From IMG/VR virus record IMGVR_UViG_2563366962_000008: a stretch of 23,285 bases of DNA. One strand, 5' to 3'. Every line of letters starts with the position of its first letter. Position 1 is the first letter of the stretch. This document shows, one piece after another, positions 1-8,354 of the stretch. Both the position numbers and the translations under genes were made by a program. A model generated the notes under the pieces. The model saw only the letters and a program-made list of their open reading frames with translations, had not been told where the DNA came from and made no database searches. This DNA is from a virus. Its lineage: Duplodnaviria; Heunggongvirae; Uroviricota; Caudoviricetes.

Positions 1-243
1 GCGGAAGAGCTTGTGGAGAAGTGGGAAAAAGGAAAGATGCGTCTGCTGTGGGATAACAAAAAGCGGCGTAACGAAGCGCTGGACTGCCTGGTGTATGCCT
101 ACGCGGCATTACGTGTGTCCGTGCAACGCTGGCAGCTTGATCTGGCTGTACTGGCAAAATCCCGGGAAGAAGAGACGACCCGGCCAACCCTTAAAGAACT
201 GGCAGCGAAGCTGTCCGGAGGAGTGAATGGTTACAGTCGCTGA
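1..243 (+). CDS. A: Terminase large subunit (gpA-like), C-terminal fragment; 5' end lies outside the window
   Basis: Open frame from position 1 to a TGA at 241-243; translation ...EKGKMRLLWDNKKRRNEALDCLVYAYAALRVSVQRWQLDL... resembles the lambda gpA C-terminus as recalled; located immediately upstream of W-B as in lambda. Confidence 0.8.
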   Translation, partial: AEELVEKWEKGKMRLLWDNKKRRNEALDCLVYAYAALRVSVQRWQLDLAVLAKSREEETTRPTLKELAAKLSGGVNGYSR

Positions 244-433
244 ACTGCAGGCGCTGCGTCAGGCGCGCCTTGATTTATTAACCGGTAAACGGGTGGTGTC
301 TGTCCAGAAAGATGGTCGCAGAATTGAATATACGGCAGCTTCTCTGGATGAGCTTAACCGGGCGATCAATGATGCGGAGTCGGTACTGGGGACAACCCGC
401 CGTCGCCGTCGTCCGCTGGGAGTGAGGTTATGA
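227..433 (+). CDS. W: Head completion / head-tail joining protein gpW
   Basis: 68-aa ORF (lambda W is 68 aa); motif LLTGKRVVSVQKDGRRIEYTAAS resembles lambda W; its stop overlaps the B start as ATGA at 430-433. Confidence 0.85.
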   Translation: MVTVAELQALRQARLDLLTGKRVVSVQKDGRRIEYTAASLDELNRAINDAESVLGTTRRRRRPLGVRL

Positions 434-2022
434 AACGAACGCCTGTCCTGATTGATGTGAACGGCGTTCCGCTTCGGGAGAGCCTCAGCTACACCGGTGG
501 CGGTGCAGGATTTGGCGGGCAAATGGCAGAGTGGTTGCCACCGGCGCAGAGTGCCGATGCGGCCCTGCTGCCCGCGTTGCGTCTGGGGAATGCCCGTGCA
601 GATGATCTGGTGCGCAATAACGGAATAGCGGCCAATGCGGTGGCCCTGCATAAGGATCACATTGTCGGGCATATGTTTCTGATTAGCTACCGTCCGAACT
701 GGCGCTGGCTGGGGATGCGGGAGACCGCGGCAAAAAGTTTTGTCGATGAGGTGGAGGCGGCCTGGTCAGAATACGCAGAAGGGATGTTTGGTGAGATCGA
801 CGTGGAAGGGAAACGCACGTTTACGGAATTTATCCGTGAAGGTGTGGGCGTTCATGCGTTTAACGGCGAAATCTTTGTGCAGCCGGTCTGGGATACGGAG
901 AGTACGCAACTGTTTCGTACGCGTTTTAAAGCCGTGAGTCCGAAACGGGTGGACACGCCAGGACACGGTATCGGGAACCGTTTTCTGCGGGCCGGTGTGG
1001 AGGTTGATCGATATGGCCGTGCCGTTGCGTACCATATCTGTGAGGATGATTTTCCTCGCTCCGGGAGTGGACGATGGGAACGGATCCCGCGTGAACTACC
1101 CACCGGGCGTCCGGCCATGCTGCATATTTTCGAGCCGGTGGAGGACGGGCAGACCCGTGGAGCCAATCAGTTTTACAGCGTTATGGAACGGCTGAAGATG
1201 CTGGATTCCCTGCAGGCAACACAGCTTCAGTCGGCCATAGTGAAGGCGATGTATGCAGCGACGATTGAAAGTGACCTTGATACCGAAAAGGCCTTTGAAT
1301 ATATCGCCGGTGCGCCGCAGGGGCAGAAGGATAATCCGCTTATTAATATTCTGGATAAGTTCTCCACCTGGTATGACACGAATAGCGTGACGCTGGGCGG
1401 TGTCAAAATTCCGCACCTTTTCCCCGGTGATGATCTGAAACTTCAGACCGCGCAGGATTCAGACAATGGATTTTCGGCGCTTGAACAGGCGCTGCTGCGG
1501 TATATCGCCGCCGGTCTTGGCGTTTCCTACGAACAGTTGTCCCGTGATTACTCGAAGGTCAGTTACTCAAGTGCCCGCGCATCCGCCAATGAGTCGTGGC
1601 GCTATTTTATGGGGCGGCGAAAATTTATTGCGTCCCGGCTGGCCACGCAGATGTTTTCCTGCTGGCTGGAAGAGGCACTTCTTCGGGGGATTATTCGTCC
1701 GCCACGGGCACGGTTTGATTTTTATCAGGCGCGATCAGCCTGGTCACGGGCTGAGTGGATTGGAGCCGGAAGAATGGCCATTGACGGGCTCAAGGAGGTT
1801 CAGGAATCAGTGATGCGCATTGAGGCCGGACTGAGCACGTATGAGAAAGAGCTGGCGCTGATGGGCGAGGATTATCAGGACATTTTCCGCCAGCAGGTCA
1901 GGGAATCTGCAGAGCGGGAAAAAGCCGGACTCTCACGTCCGGTGTGGATAGCGCAGGCGTATCAGCAGCAGATAGCGGAGAGTCGCAGGCCGGAAGAGGA
2001 GACAACACCACGTGAGACGTAA
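430..2022 (+). CDS. B: Portal protein gpB
   Basis: 530-aa ORF; N-terminus MKRTPVLIDVNGVPLRESLSY... matches lambda portal B (533 aa) as recalled; position after W. Confidence 0.95.
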   Translation: MKRTPVLIDVNGVPLRESLSYTGGGAGFGGQMAEWLPPAQSADAALLPALRLGNARADDLVRNNGIAANAVALHKDHIVGHMFLISYRPNWRWLGMRETAAKSFVDEVEAAWSEYAEGMFGEIDVEGKRTFTEFIREGVGVHAFNGEIFVQPVWDTESTQLFRTRFKAVSPKRVDTPGHGIGNRFLRAGVEVDRYGRAVAYHICEDDFPRSGSGRWERIPRELPTGRPAMLHIFEPVEDGQTRGANQFYSVMERLKMLDSLQATQLQSAIVKAMYAATIESDLDTEKAFEYIAGAPQGQKDNPLINILDKFSTWYDTNSVTLGGVKIPHLFPGDDLKLQTAQDSDNGFSALEQALLRYIAAGLGVSYEQLSRDYSKVSYSSARASANESWRYFMGRRKFIASRLATQMFSCWLEEALLRGIIRPPRARFDFYQARSAWSRAEWIGAGRMAIDGLKEVQESVMRIEAGLSTYEKELALMGEDYQDIFRQQVRESAEREKAGLSRPVWIAQAYQQQIAESRRPEEETTPRET

Positions 2023-3517
2023 TCTTTCACACATTATTGCAGCAGCATTCAATGAACCGCTGCTTCTGGAGCCCGCCTATGCGCGGGTTTTCTTTTGCGC
2101 GCTGGGGCGCGAGATGGGGGCAGCAAGTCTTTCGGTACCGCAACAGCAGGTACAGCTTGATGCTCCCGGGATGCTGGCTGAAACGGACGAGTACATGGCC
2201 GGAGGTAAACGACCGGCCCGTGTTTACCGGGTGGTGAACGGTATTGCGGTACTGCCGGTGACCGGCACGCTGGTGCACCGGCTGGGGGGGATGCGGCCAT
2301 TTTCCGGAATGACTGGCTATGACGGCATTGTCGCCTGTCTTCAGCAGGCAATGGCAGATAGCCAGGTGCGGGGCATACTGCTGGACATTGACAGTCCGGG
2401 CGGGCAGGCCGCCGGCGCGTTTGACTGCGCTGACATGATTTACCGCCTCCGGCAGCAGAAGCCGGTCTGGGCACTGTGTAATGACACGGCCTGTTCTGCG
2501 GCCATGCTGCTGGCGTCGGCCTGCTCCCGACGGCTGGTTACCCAGACATCCCGTATCGGTTCCATTGGCGTGATGATGAGCCATGTCAGCTATGCCGGTC
2601 ATCTGGCGCAGGCCGGTGTGGATATCACGCTGATTTACTCAGGGGCGCACAAGGTGGATGGCAATCAGTTTGAAGCGTTGCCGGCAGAGGTTCGCCAGGA
2701 CATGCAGCAGCGGATTGATGCGGCGCGCCGGATGTTTGCCGAAAAAGTGGCGATGTTTACCGGTCTGTCTGTTGATGCAGTCACGGGAACAGAGGCCGCT
2801 GTTTTTGAAGGTCAGTCCGGCATTGAGGCCGGGCTGGCGGATGAATTAATCAATGCGTCGGATGCCATCAGTGTGATGGCCACGGCGCTGAACAGTAATG
2901 TCAGAGGAGGCACTATGCCGCAATTAACTGCAACGGAAGCCGCCGTGCAGGAGAACCAGCGAGTGATGGGGATCCTGACATGCCAGGAAGCGAAAGGACG
3001 TGAACAGCTTGCCACGATGCTGGCAGGGCAACAGGGCATGAGCGTTGAACAGGCCCGGGCGATTCTGGCCGCGGCGGCACCGCAGCAGCCGGTGGCATCC
3101 GCGCAGAGTGAAGCCGATCGCATTATGGCGTGTGAAGAAGCGAACGGTCGTGAACAACTGGCGGCAACGCTGGCGGCGATGCCGGAGATGACGGTGGAAA
3201 AAGCCCGCCCGATCCTGGCGGCTGCACCACTGGCGGATGCCGGGCCCTCGCTTCGTGATCAGATCATGGCCCTGGATGAGGCAAAAGGGGCAGAAGCGCA
3301 GGCTGAAAAACTGGCGGCCTGCCCGGGAATGACCGTGGAGAACGCCCGGGCTGTGCTGGCTGCGGGATCAGGTAAGGCCGAACCGGTCTCTGCATCCACA
3401 ACCGCCATGTTTGAACATTTCATGGCGAACCATTCACCGGCAGCGGTACAGGGTGGCGTGGCACAGACGTCAGCAGACGGTGATGCGGACGTGAAAATGC
3501 TCATGGCCATGCCATGA
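2012..3517 (+). CDS. C: Prohead protease/scaffold gpC (S49 peptidase family) with Nu3-like scaffolding C-terminal part; probable GTG start
   Basis: 501-aa ORF overlapping the B stop; AFNEPLLLEPAYARVFFCAL and PVWALCNDTACSAAMLLASACSRRLVTQTSRIGSIGVMM resemble lambda gpC; first codon at 2012 is GTG; C-terminal third is Ala-rich with three diverged tandem modules. Confidence 0.9.
   Translation: MRRNLSHIIAAAFNEPLLLEPAYARVFFCALGREMGAASLSVPQQQVQLDAPGMLAETDEYMAGGKRPARVYRVVNGIAVLPVTGTLVHRLGGMRPFSGMTGYDGIVACLQQAMADSQVRGILLDIDSPGGQAAGAFDCADMIYRLRQQKPVWALCNDTACSAAMLLASACSRRLVTQTSRIGSIGVMMSHVSYAGHLAQAGVDITLIYSGAHKVDGNQFEALPAEVRQDMQQRIDAARRMFAEKVAMFTGLSVDAVTGTEAAVFEGQSGIEAGLADELINASDAISVMATALNSNVRGGTMPQLTATEAAVQENQRVMGILTCQEAKGREQLATMLAGQQGMSVEQARAILAAAAPQQPVASAQSEADRIMACEEANGREQLAATLAAMPEMTVEKARPILAAAPLADAGPSLRDQIMALDEAKGAEAQAEKLAACPGMTVENARAVLAAGSGKAEPVSASTTAMFEHFMANHSPAAVQGGVAQTSADGDADVKMLMAMP
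2702..3517 (+). CDS. nu3: Possible Nu3-like scaffolding protein from an in-frame internal start within C
   Basis: Inference by analogy to lambda, where Nu3 is the in-frame C-terminal product of C; in-frame ATG at 2702 (alternative 2732); Shine-Dalgarno spacing is poor so the start is uncertain. Confidence 0.3.
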   Translation: MQQRIDAARRMFAEKVAMFTGLSVDAVTGTEAAVFEGQSGIEAGLADELINASDAISVMATALNSNVRGGTMPQLTATEAAVQENQRVMGILTCQEAKGREQLATMLAGQQGMSVEQARAILAAAAPQQPVASAQSEADRIMACEEANGREQLAATLAAMPEMTVEKARPILAAAPLADAGPSLRDQIMALDEAKGAEAQAEKLAACPGMTVENARAVLAAGSGKAEPVSASTTAMFEHFMANHSPAAVQGGVAQTSADGDADVKMLMAMP

Positions 3518-3553
3518 AGTCAGTGCTGACCATCAATAGGAGGTTTTTACAAT

Positions 3554-3901
3554 ATGGTGACGAAAACCATCACTGAACAGCGTGCGGAAGTACGTATTTT
3601 TGCCGGTAATGATCCGGCTCATACCGCCACAGGCAGCAGCGGGATTTCCTCGCCAACACCGGCTCTGACGCCCCTGATGCTGGATGAAGCCACCGGGAAA
3701 CTGGTGGTCTGGGATGGACAGAAAGCCGGTAGTGCGGTTGGCATACTGGTACTGCCGCTTGAAGGCACAGAGACGGTGCTGACCTATTACAAGTCGGGGA
3801 CCTTTGCGACGGAGGCAATCCGCTGGCCTGACAGTGTGGATGAACACAAAAAGGCAAATGCCTTTGCCGGCACAGCCCTGAGTCACGCGGCTCTGCCGTA
3901 A
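3554..3901 (+). CDS. D: Head decoration protein gpD
   Basis: 115-aa ORF with RBS TAGGAGG at 3537-3543; motifs DPAHTAT, TPLMLD, WDG, YKSGTF and AFAGTA match lambda gpD (110 aa). Confidence 0.9.
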   Translation: MVTKTITEQRAEVRIFAGNDPAHTATGSSGISSPTPALTPLMLDEATGKLVVWDGQKAGSAVGILVLPLEGTETVLTYYKSGTFATEAIRWPDSVDEHKKANAFAGTALSHAALP

Positions 3902-3958
3902 CACGTTATCAGGCCACCATGGTGACCTGACTGATTTCTGAATGAAAGGAACTGATTT

Positions 3959-4987
3959 ATGGGATTGTTTACGACCCGCCAGTTACTCGGTTATACCGAA
4001 CAAAAAGTGAAATTCCGTGCGCTGTTTCTGGAGCTGTTTTTCCGCCGTACGGTGAATTTCCACACCGAAGAGGTGATGCTGGACAAAATTACCGGAAAAA
4101 CGCCGGTGGCGGCCTATGTCTCCCCGATCGTTGAAGGAAAAGTGCTTCGCCATCGCGGTGGTGAAACCCGCGTGTTGCGTCCGGGCTACGTCAAGCCGAA
4201 ACACGAATTTAATTACCAGCAGGCGGTTGAGCGCCTTCCTGGTGAAGATCCGGCTCAGCTGAACGACCCGGCCTACCGTCGTCTGCGTATCATTACCGAT
4301 AACCTCAAACAGGAAGAGCACGCGATTGTCCAGGTGGAAGAAATGCAGGCGGTAAATGCTGTGTTGTATGGCAAATACACCATGGAAGGGGATCAGTTTG
4401 ATACTGTCGAGGTGGATTTCGGGCGCTCTGAAGGAAATAACATTGAGCAGGCTGACGGTAAAAAATGGTCTGAGCAGGACCGTGATACGTTTGATCCGAC
4501 GCATGATATTGACCTCTACTGCGATCAGGCCAGCGGCCTTGTGAATATCGCCATTATGGACGGTACGGTCTGGCGTCTGCTGAATGGCTTTAAGCTGTTC
4601 CGCGAAAAACTGGATACCCGTCGCGGCTCAAATTCACAACTCGAAACGGCAGTGAAAGATCTGGGCGCAGTGGTGTCCTTCAAGGGGTATTACGGCGATC
4701 TGGCCATTGTGGTGGCGAAAACGTCTTATGTGGCAGAGGACGGTACCGAAAAACGTTATCTGCCGGAGGGCATGCTGGTGTTGGGGAATACGGCGGCAGA
4801 GGGGATTCGTTGCTATGGTGCCATTAAGGATGCACAGGCGTTGTCTGAAGGAGTGGTGGCTTCTTCCCGTTACCCGAAACACTGGCTGACCGTGGGCGAT
4901 CCGTCCTGTGAATTCACCATGACGCAGTCCGCTCCGCTGATGGTGCTGCCGGATCCGGATGAGTTTGTGGTGGTACAGGTGAAATAA
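3959..4987 (+). CDS. E: Major capsid protein gpE
   Basis: 342-aa ORF (lambda E is 341 aa); YVSPIV, PGYVKPKH, DPAYRR, IVQVEEMQAV, KLDTRRGSNS.LETAVKDLG and SAPLM match lambda gpE as recalled. Confidence 0.95.
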   Translation: MGLFTTRQLLGYTEQKVKFRALFLELFFRRTVNFHTEEVMLDKITGKTPVAAYVSPIVEGKVLRHRGGETRVLRPGYVKPKHEFNYQQAVERLPGEDPAQLNDPAYRRLRIITDNLKQEEHAIVQVEEMQAVNAVLYGKYTMEGDQFDTVEVDFGRSEGNNIEQADGKKWSEQDRDTFDPTHDIDLYCDQASGLVNIAIMDGTVWRLLNGFKLFREKLDTRRGSNSQLETAVKDLGAVVSFKGYYGDLAIVVAKTSYVAEDGTEKRYLPEGMLVLGNTAAEGIRCYGAIKDAQALSEGVVASSRYPKHWLTVGDPSCEFTMTQSAPLMVLPDPDEFVVVQVK

Positions 4988-4994
4988 TCCGTGA

Positions 4995-5024
4995 GCGGGG
5001 GCGAAATGCCCCCGTGTCTTTTTT
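4995..5024 (+). terminator. GC-rich hairpin followed by a T-run between E and FI (possible attenuator/terminator)
   Basis: GGGGGC (4997-5002), loop GAAAT, GCCCCC (5008-5013), then GTGTCTTTTTT; sits 8 nt after the E stop and just before the FI RBS. Confidence 0.4.
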
Positions 5025-5038
5025 CACAGGAGGCTGAG

Positions 5039-5422
5039 ATGGCAACAAAAGAAGAAAATCTGAATCGTCTTCGTCAACTGGCTGACCTGCTGGGGCGCGA
5101 GGCGGATATGTCGGGGAGTGCTGCGGATATTGCTCAACGTGTGTCTGAGTGGGAAGAGGAGCTTGCTGTTTCCCCGGAGGGCATTATGCACTCTGATGAG
5201 AGCGGGGCTGATCAAAATCACACAGACGATGGTGAGCAGTTGAACAACACGGATGCTCCGGATGATGTTAAAGCCGTCCGGGTACGGAAGTGCCTGCAAG
5301 TAATGGGGTATTGCCCGGAGACAGGTCGTCCCGTTGAGCTGGCGTTACGGGGTATGCGTGTTCTGGTGCCATCATCACTGGCAACGGCCATGATACAGCA
5401 CGGAACGGCTGAATATGCGTGA
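5039..5422 (+). CDS. FI: DNA packaging protein FI-like
   Basis: In-frame ATG at 5039 preceded by AGGAGG (5029-5034); 127 aa, acidic central region; size and position match lambda FI (132 aa), sequence only loosely similar. The ORF-track start at 4991 lacks an RBS. Confidence 0.7.
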   Translation: MATKEENLNRLRQLADLLGREADMSGSAADIAQRVSEWEEELAVSPEGIMHSDESGADQNHTDDGEQLNNTDAPDDVKAVRVRKCLQVMGYCPETGRPVELALRGMRVLVPSSLATAMIQHGTAEYA

Positions 5423-5768
5423 TTTTCAGAATGCCTTTGATGCTGCCCTCGCCGGGGTAGACAGTACGATCGTTGAAGTGATGGGGCTCTGTGCGCAGTT
5501 CACCTCGGGGGCACAGTGTGGCAGCGAAGTTCAGGGGGTTTTTGATGATCCGGAGTCGCTGGGGTTTGCCGGTGGCGGGGTCCGTATTGAAGGAAGCAGC
5601 CCGTCATTATTTGTGCGGACGGATACGGTTCGTGCCGTGCGGCGTGGTGACACGCTGACCATTAATGGTGAGATATTCTGGGTGGATCGTGTTTCTCCGG
5701 ATGACGGGGGCAGCTGTTATCTCTGGCTCAACCGTGGTCAACCACCCGCAGTTAACCGGCGACGATAA
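5415..5768 (+). CDS. FII: Head-tail connector protein FII
   Basis: 117-aa ORF (lambda FII is 117 aa); GVFDDPE, GSSPSLFVRTD, RRGDTLTI and FWVDRVSPDDGGSC match lambda FII as recalled. Confidence 0.9.
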   Translation: MRDFQNAFDAALAGVDSTIVEVMGLCAQFTSGAQCGSEVQGVFDDPESLGFAGGGVRIEGSSPSLFVRTDTVRAVRRGDTLTINGEIFWVDRVSPDDGGSCYLWLNRGQPPAVNRRR

Positions 5769-5783
5769 ACGCAGGGTGAAATT

Positions 5784-6317
5784 ATGGCGATAAAAGGGCT
5801 TGATCAGGCGATTGACAATCTGAGCCGGGTTCGTAAAAACGCCATTCCGGCGGCTTCAGCAATGGCCATTAACCGCGTGGCCACAACGGCGATTAATCAG
5901 TCTTCATCACAGGTTGCCCGGGAGACAAAGGTTCGCCGGAAACTGGTTAAGGAACGGTCCAGACTGAAACGGGCGACGGTCAGAAATCCGAATGCCAGAA
6001 TTATCGTTAACCGCGGTGATCTCCCTGTGATTAAGCTGGGGATCAGGATGCTGGGGCGTCGCCCGAACAGCATACTTAAAGCCGGTCAGCATCGGTATCA
6101 GCGGGCATTTATTCAGAGATTAAAAAATGGTCGCTGGCATGTCATGCAGCGTGTGGCCGGGAAAAACCGTTACCCCATTGATGTGGTGAAAATCCCGATG
6201 GCGGCCCCACTGAAACAGGCATTTGATGAGAATGTTGACCGTATCCGGCGTGAACGCCTGCCTAAAGAACTGGCATACGCGCTGAAACAACAACTGAGGA
6301 TTGCAATAAAACGATGA
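5784..6317 (+). CDS. Z: Tail completion protein gpZ
   Basis: 177-aa ORF; MAIKGL, SSQVARETKVRRKLVKER and FIQRLKNGRWHVMQRVAGKNRYPIDVVKIPMA match lambda Z (192 aa), with a shorter, different basic segment mid-protein; stop overlaps the U start as ATGA. Confidence 0.85.
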   Translation: MAIKGLDQAIDNLSRVRKNAIPAASAMAINRVATTAINQSSSQVARETKVRRKLVKERSRLKRATVRNPNARIIVNRGDLPVIKLGIRMLGRRPNSILKAGQHRYQRAFIQRLKNGRWHVMQRVAGKNRYPIDVVKIPMAAPLKQAFDENVDRIRRERLPKELAYALKQQLRIAIKR

Positions 6318-6709
6318 AACACACTGACATTCGTGCCGCAGTGCTGGATGCACTCGAGCAGCATGAACACGGGGCGACGCTGTTTGATGGTCGCCCCGTT
6401 GTTTTTGACGAAGAGGATTTTCCTGCGATCGCGGTTTATCTGACGGATGCAGAGTATACCGGTGAAGAGCTGGATGCAGATACCTGGCGGGCCACGCTGC
6501 ATATTGAGGTGTTTTTACCGGCACAGGTACCGGATTCAGAGCTTGATCAGTGGATGGAAAGCCGGATTTACCCGGCGATGACCGCGATCCCGGCACTGGC
6601 AGGACTGATTACCACGATGGTTACGCAGGGCTATGAGTATCGTCGTGATGACGATATGGCGTTATGGAGTTCTGCAGATCTGACTTATTCCATTACATAC
6701 GAGATGTGA
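6314..6709 (+). CDS. U: Tail terminator protein gpU
   Basis: 131-aa ORF (lambda U is 131 aa); [15 protein letters not shown]...[17 protein letters not shown]...[13 protein letters not shown] matches lambda U. Confidence 0.9.
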   Translation: MKHTDIRAAVLDALEQHEHGATLFDGRPVVFDEEDFPAIAVYLTDAEYTGEELDADTWRATLHIEVFLPAQVPDSELDQWMESRIYPAMTAIPALAGLITTMVTQGYEYRRDDDMALWSSADLTYSITYEM

Positions 6710-6716
6710 GGACGAT

Positions 6717-7469
6717 ATGGCAACACCAAATCCCCTTGAGCCGGTAAAAGGTGCCGGTACCACTCTGTGGGTTTACAACGGCAAGGGTGATGCTTATGCA
6801 AACCCGTTGTCAGACGATGACTGGCAGCGACTGGCTAAGGTGAAGGATCTGACGCCGGGCGAGATGACGGCAGAATCCTACGATGATAACTACCTGGATG
6901 ATGAAGACGCGGACTGGACCGCGACCGGGCAGGGGCAGAAATCTGCAGGTGATACCAGTTTTACGCTGGCCTGGAAACCGGGAGAGGAAGGCCAGAAAGG
7001 GCTTATAGGCTGGTTTGAAAGCGGCGATGTCCGGGCCTATAAAATCCGTTTTCCGAATGGCACGGTGGATGTGTTTCGTGGCTGGGTCAGCAGTATCGGT
7101 AAGGCCGTGACGGCGAAAGAAGTGATCACCCGCACGGTGAAAGTCACTAACGTGGGTAAACCTTCTGTAGCGGAAGAACGCAGCAAAATTACGCCGGTCA
7201 GTGCGATTAAGGTGACGCCGACATCCGGTACGGTGGCAAAAGGGAAAACAACCACCCTGACGGTTTCTTTTGAGCCGGAAAGTGCAACCGACAAGACGTT
7301 CAGAGCGGTTTCCGCCGATCCGTCGAAAGCCACCATTAGTGTGAAAGATATGACAATTACGGTAAACGGCGTGGCGACAGGTAAGGTGCAGATCCCTGTG
7401 GTGAGCGGAAATGGTCAGTTCGCCGCAGTGGCTGAAGTCACCGTTACTGAAGCGGGCGCTGCAGGGTAA
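6717..7469 (+). CDS. V: Major tail tube protein gpV with C-terminal Ig-like (Big_2-type) domain
   Basis: 250-aa ORF (lambda V is 246 aa); [50 protein letters not shown] and C-terminal ITVNGVA...[11 protein letters not shown] match lambda V. Confidence 0.95.
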   Translation: MATPNPLEPVKGAGTTLWVYNGKGDAYANPLSDDDWQRLAKVKDLTPGEMTAESYDDNYLDDEDADWTATGQGQKSAGDTSFTLAWKPGEEGQKGLIGWFESGDVRAYKIRFPNGTVDVFRGWVSSIGKAVTAKEVITRTVKVTNVGKPSVAEERSKITPVSAIKVTPTSGTVAKGKTTTLTVSFEPESATDKTFRAVSADPSKATISVKDMTITVNGVATGKVQIPVVSGNGQFAAVAEVTVTEAGAAG

Positions 7470-7482
7470 ACGGAGGTAATAC

Positions 7483-7914
7483 ATGTTTCTGAAAACAGAA
7501 CAATTTGAATATAACGGTGTGTCTGTCACGCTTTCCGAATTGTCTGCGCTGCAGCGTATCGAGCATCTTGCCCTCCTGAAACGGCGTGCAGAACAGGCAG
7601 AATCCTGCGGCAACCTGCAGGTAAGCGTGGAAGATCTCGTCAGAACCGGCGCGTTTCTGGTGGCGATGTCCCTGTGGCATAACCATCCACAGAAAACGCA
7701 GTCACCGTCAATGAATGAGGCCGTGATGAAGATAGAGCAGGAAGTGCTCACCACCTGGCCTGCCGATGCCATTGCCCGGGCGGAAGACGTGGTGTTGTGC
7801 CTGTCCGGGATGATCGAAGCTGTTCGTCCGGATACTGATATTACTGAAGTGGCGAAAAATAACACGCTGACTGATGATGATTTTTCTGCGGGAAAGTCTT
7901 CGACGGCGAGCTGA
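7483..7914 (+). CDS. G: Tail assembly chaperone gpG
   Basis: 143-aa ORF (lambda G is 140 aa); MFLKTE.FE.NGV.VTLSELSALQRIEHLAL and AMSLWHNHPQKTQ.PSMNEAV match lambda G; RBS GGAGG at 7472-7476. Confidence 0.9.
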   Translation: MFLKTEQFEYNGVSVTLSELSALQRIEHLALLKRRAEQAESCGNLQVSVEDLVRTGAFLVAMSLWHNHPQKTQSPSMNEAVMKIEQEVLTTWPADAIARAEDVVLCLSGMIEAVRPDTDITEVAKNNTLTDDDFSAGKSSTAS

Positions 7915-8354
7915 ACTTTGCCCTCAGACTGGCGCGTGAGATGGGGAGACCCGACTGGCGCGCCATGCTTGCCGGGATGACATCCACCGAATATGCCGAC
8001 TGGCACCGTTTTTACCGCACGCATTATTTTCAGGATACCCAGCTGGATATGCATTTTTCCGGGCTGACGTACGCTGTACTCAGCCTGTTTTTTTGCGATC
8101 CGGATATGCATCCCTCTGATTTCAGTCTGCTTGTCCCCCGGCATGAGGAAGAGCAGGTGGAGAGGCCGGATGAGGACAAAATGCTGATGCAGAAAGCGGC
8201 AGGACTTGCCGGAGGCGTCCGGTTCGGTGGGGACGGAGGGCGCGATATTTTATCGTCTGCGGATGTGGCGGATGTCATGGTGGATGATGCCGCATTAATG
8301 ATGGCTTCAGCGGGGATTCCGGGAGGTGTGAGATATGTCCCAGCCGGTTGGTGA
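7483..8354 (+). CDS. T: Tail assembly chaperone gpGT fusion made by -1 frameshifting at 7890-7896; T moiety about 7896-8354
   Basis: -1 frame ORF (track 7941-8354) reads MGRPDWRAMLAGM.STEYADWHRFY.THYF...DMHFSGLTY.VLSLFF.DPDMHP.DFSLL, matching lambda T as recalled; there is no independent RBS for T. Confidence 0.8.
7890..7896 (+). promoter_or_regulatory. Programmed -1 ribosomal frameshift slippery heptamer GGGAAAG (G to G-T)
   Basis: GGGAAAG sits 16 nt upstream of the G stop; the -1 frame is open from here to 8354 and encodes the T-like sequence; same heptamer and position as the lambda G|T shift. Confidence 0.7.

Noticed and set aside
259-672. 137-aa minus-strand ORF overlapping W and the start of B
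   Set aside because: Antisense to two conserved head genes, with no supporting signals; typical spurious ORF.
4991-5038. ORF-track start at 4991 for FI (MSGGEMPPCLFSQEAEM...)
   Set aside because: This stretch is the terminator-like hairpin and T-run; the ATG at 5039 is preceded by a strong AGGAGG RBS and gives an FI-sized product.
6810-8144. 444-aa minus-strand ORF spanning V, G and T
   Set aside because: Antisense to three well-supported structural genes; low-complexity Arg/Cys-rich translation; artefact of GC-rich coding DNA lacking stops on the opposite strand.
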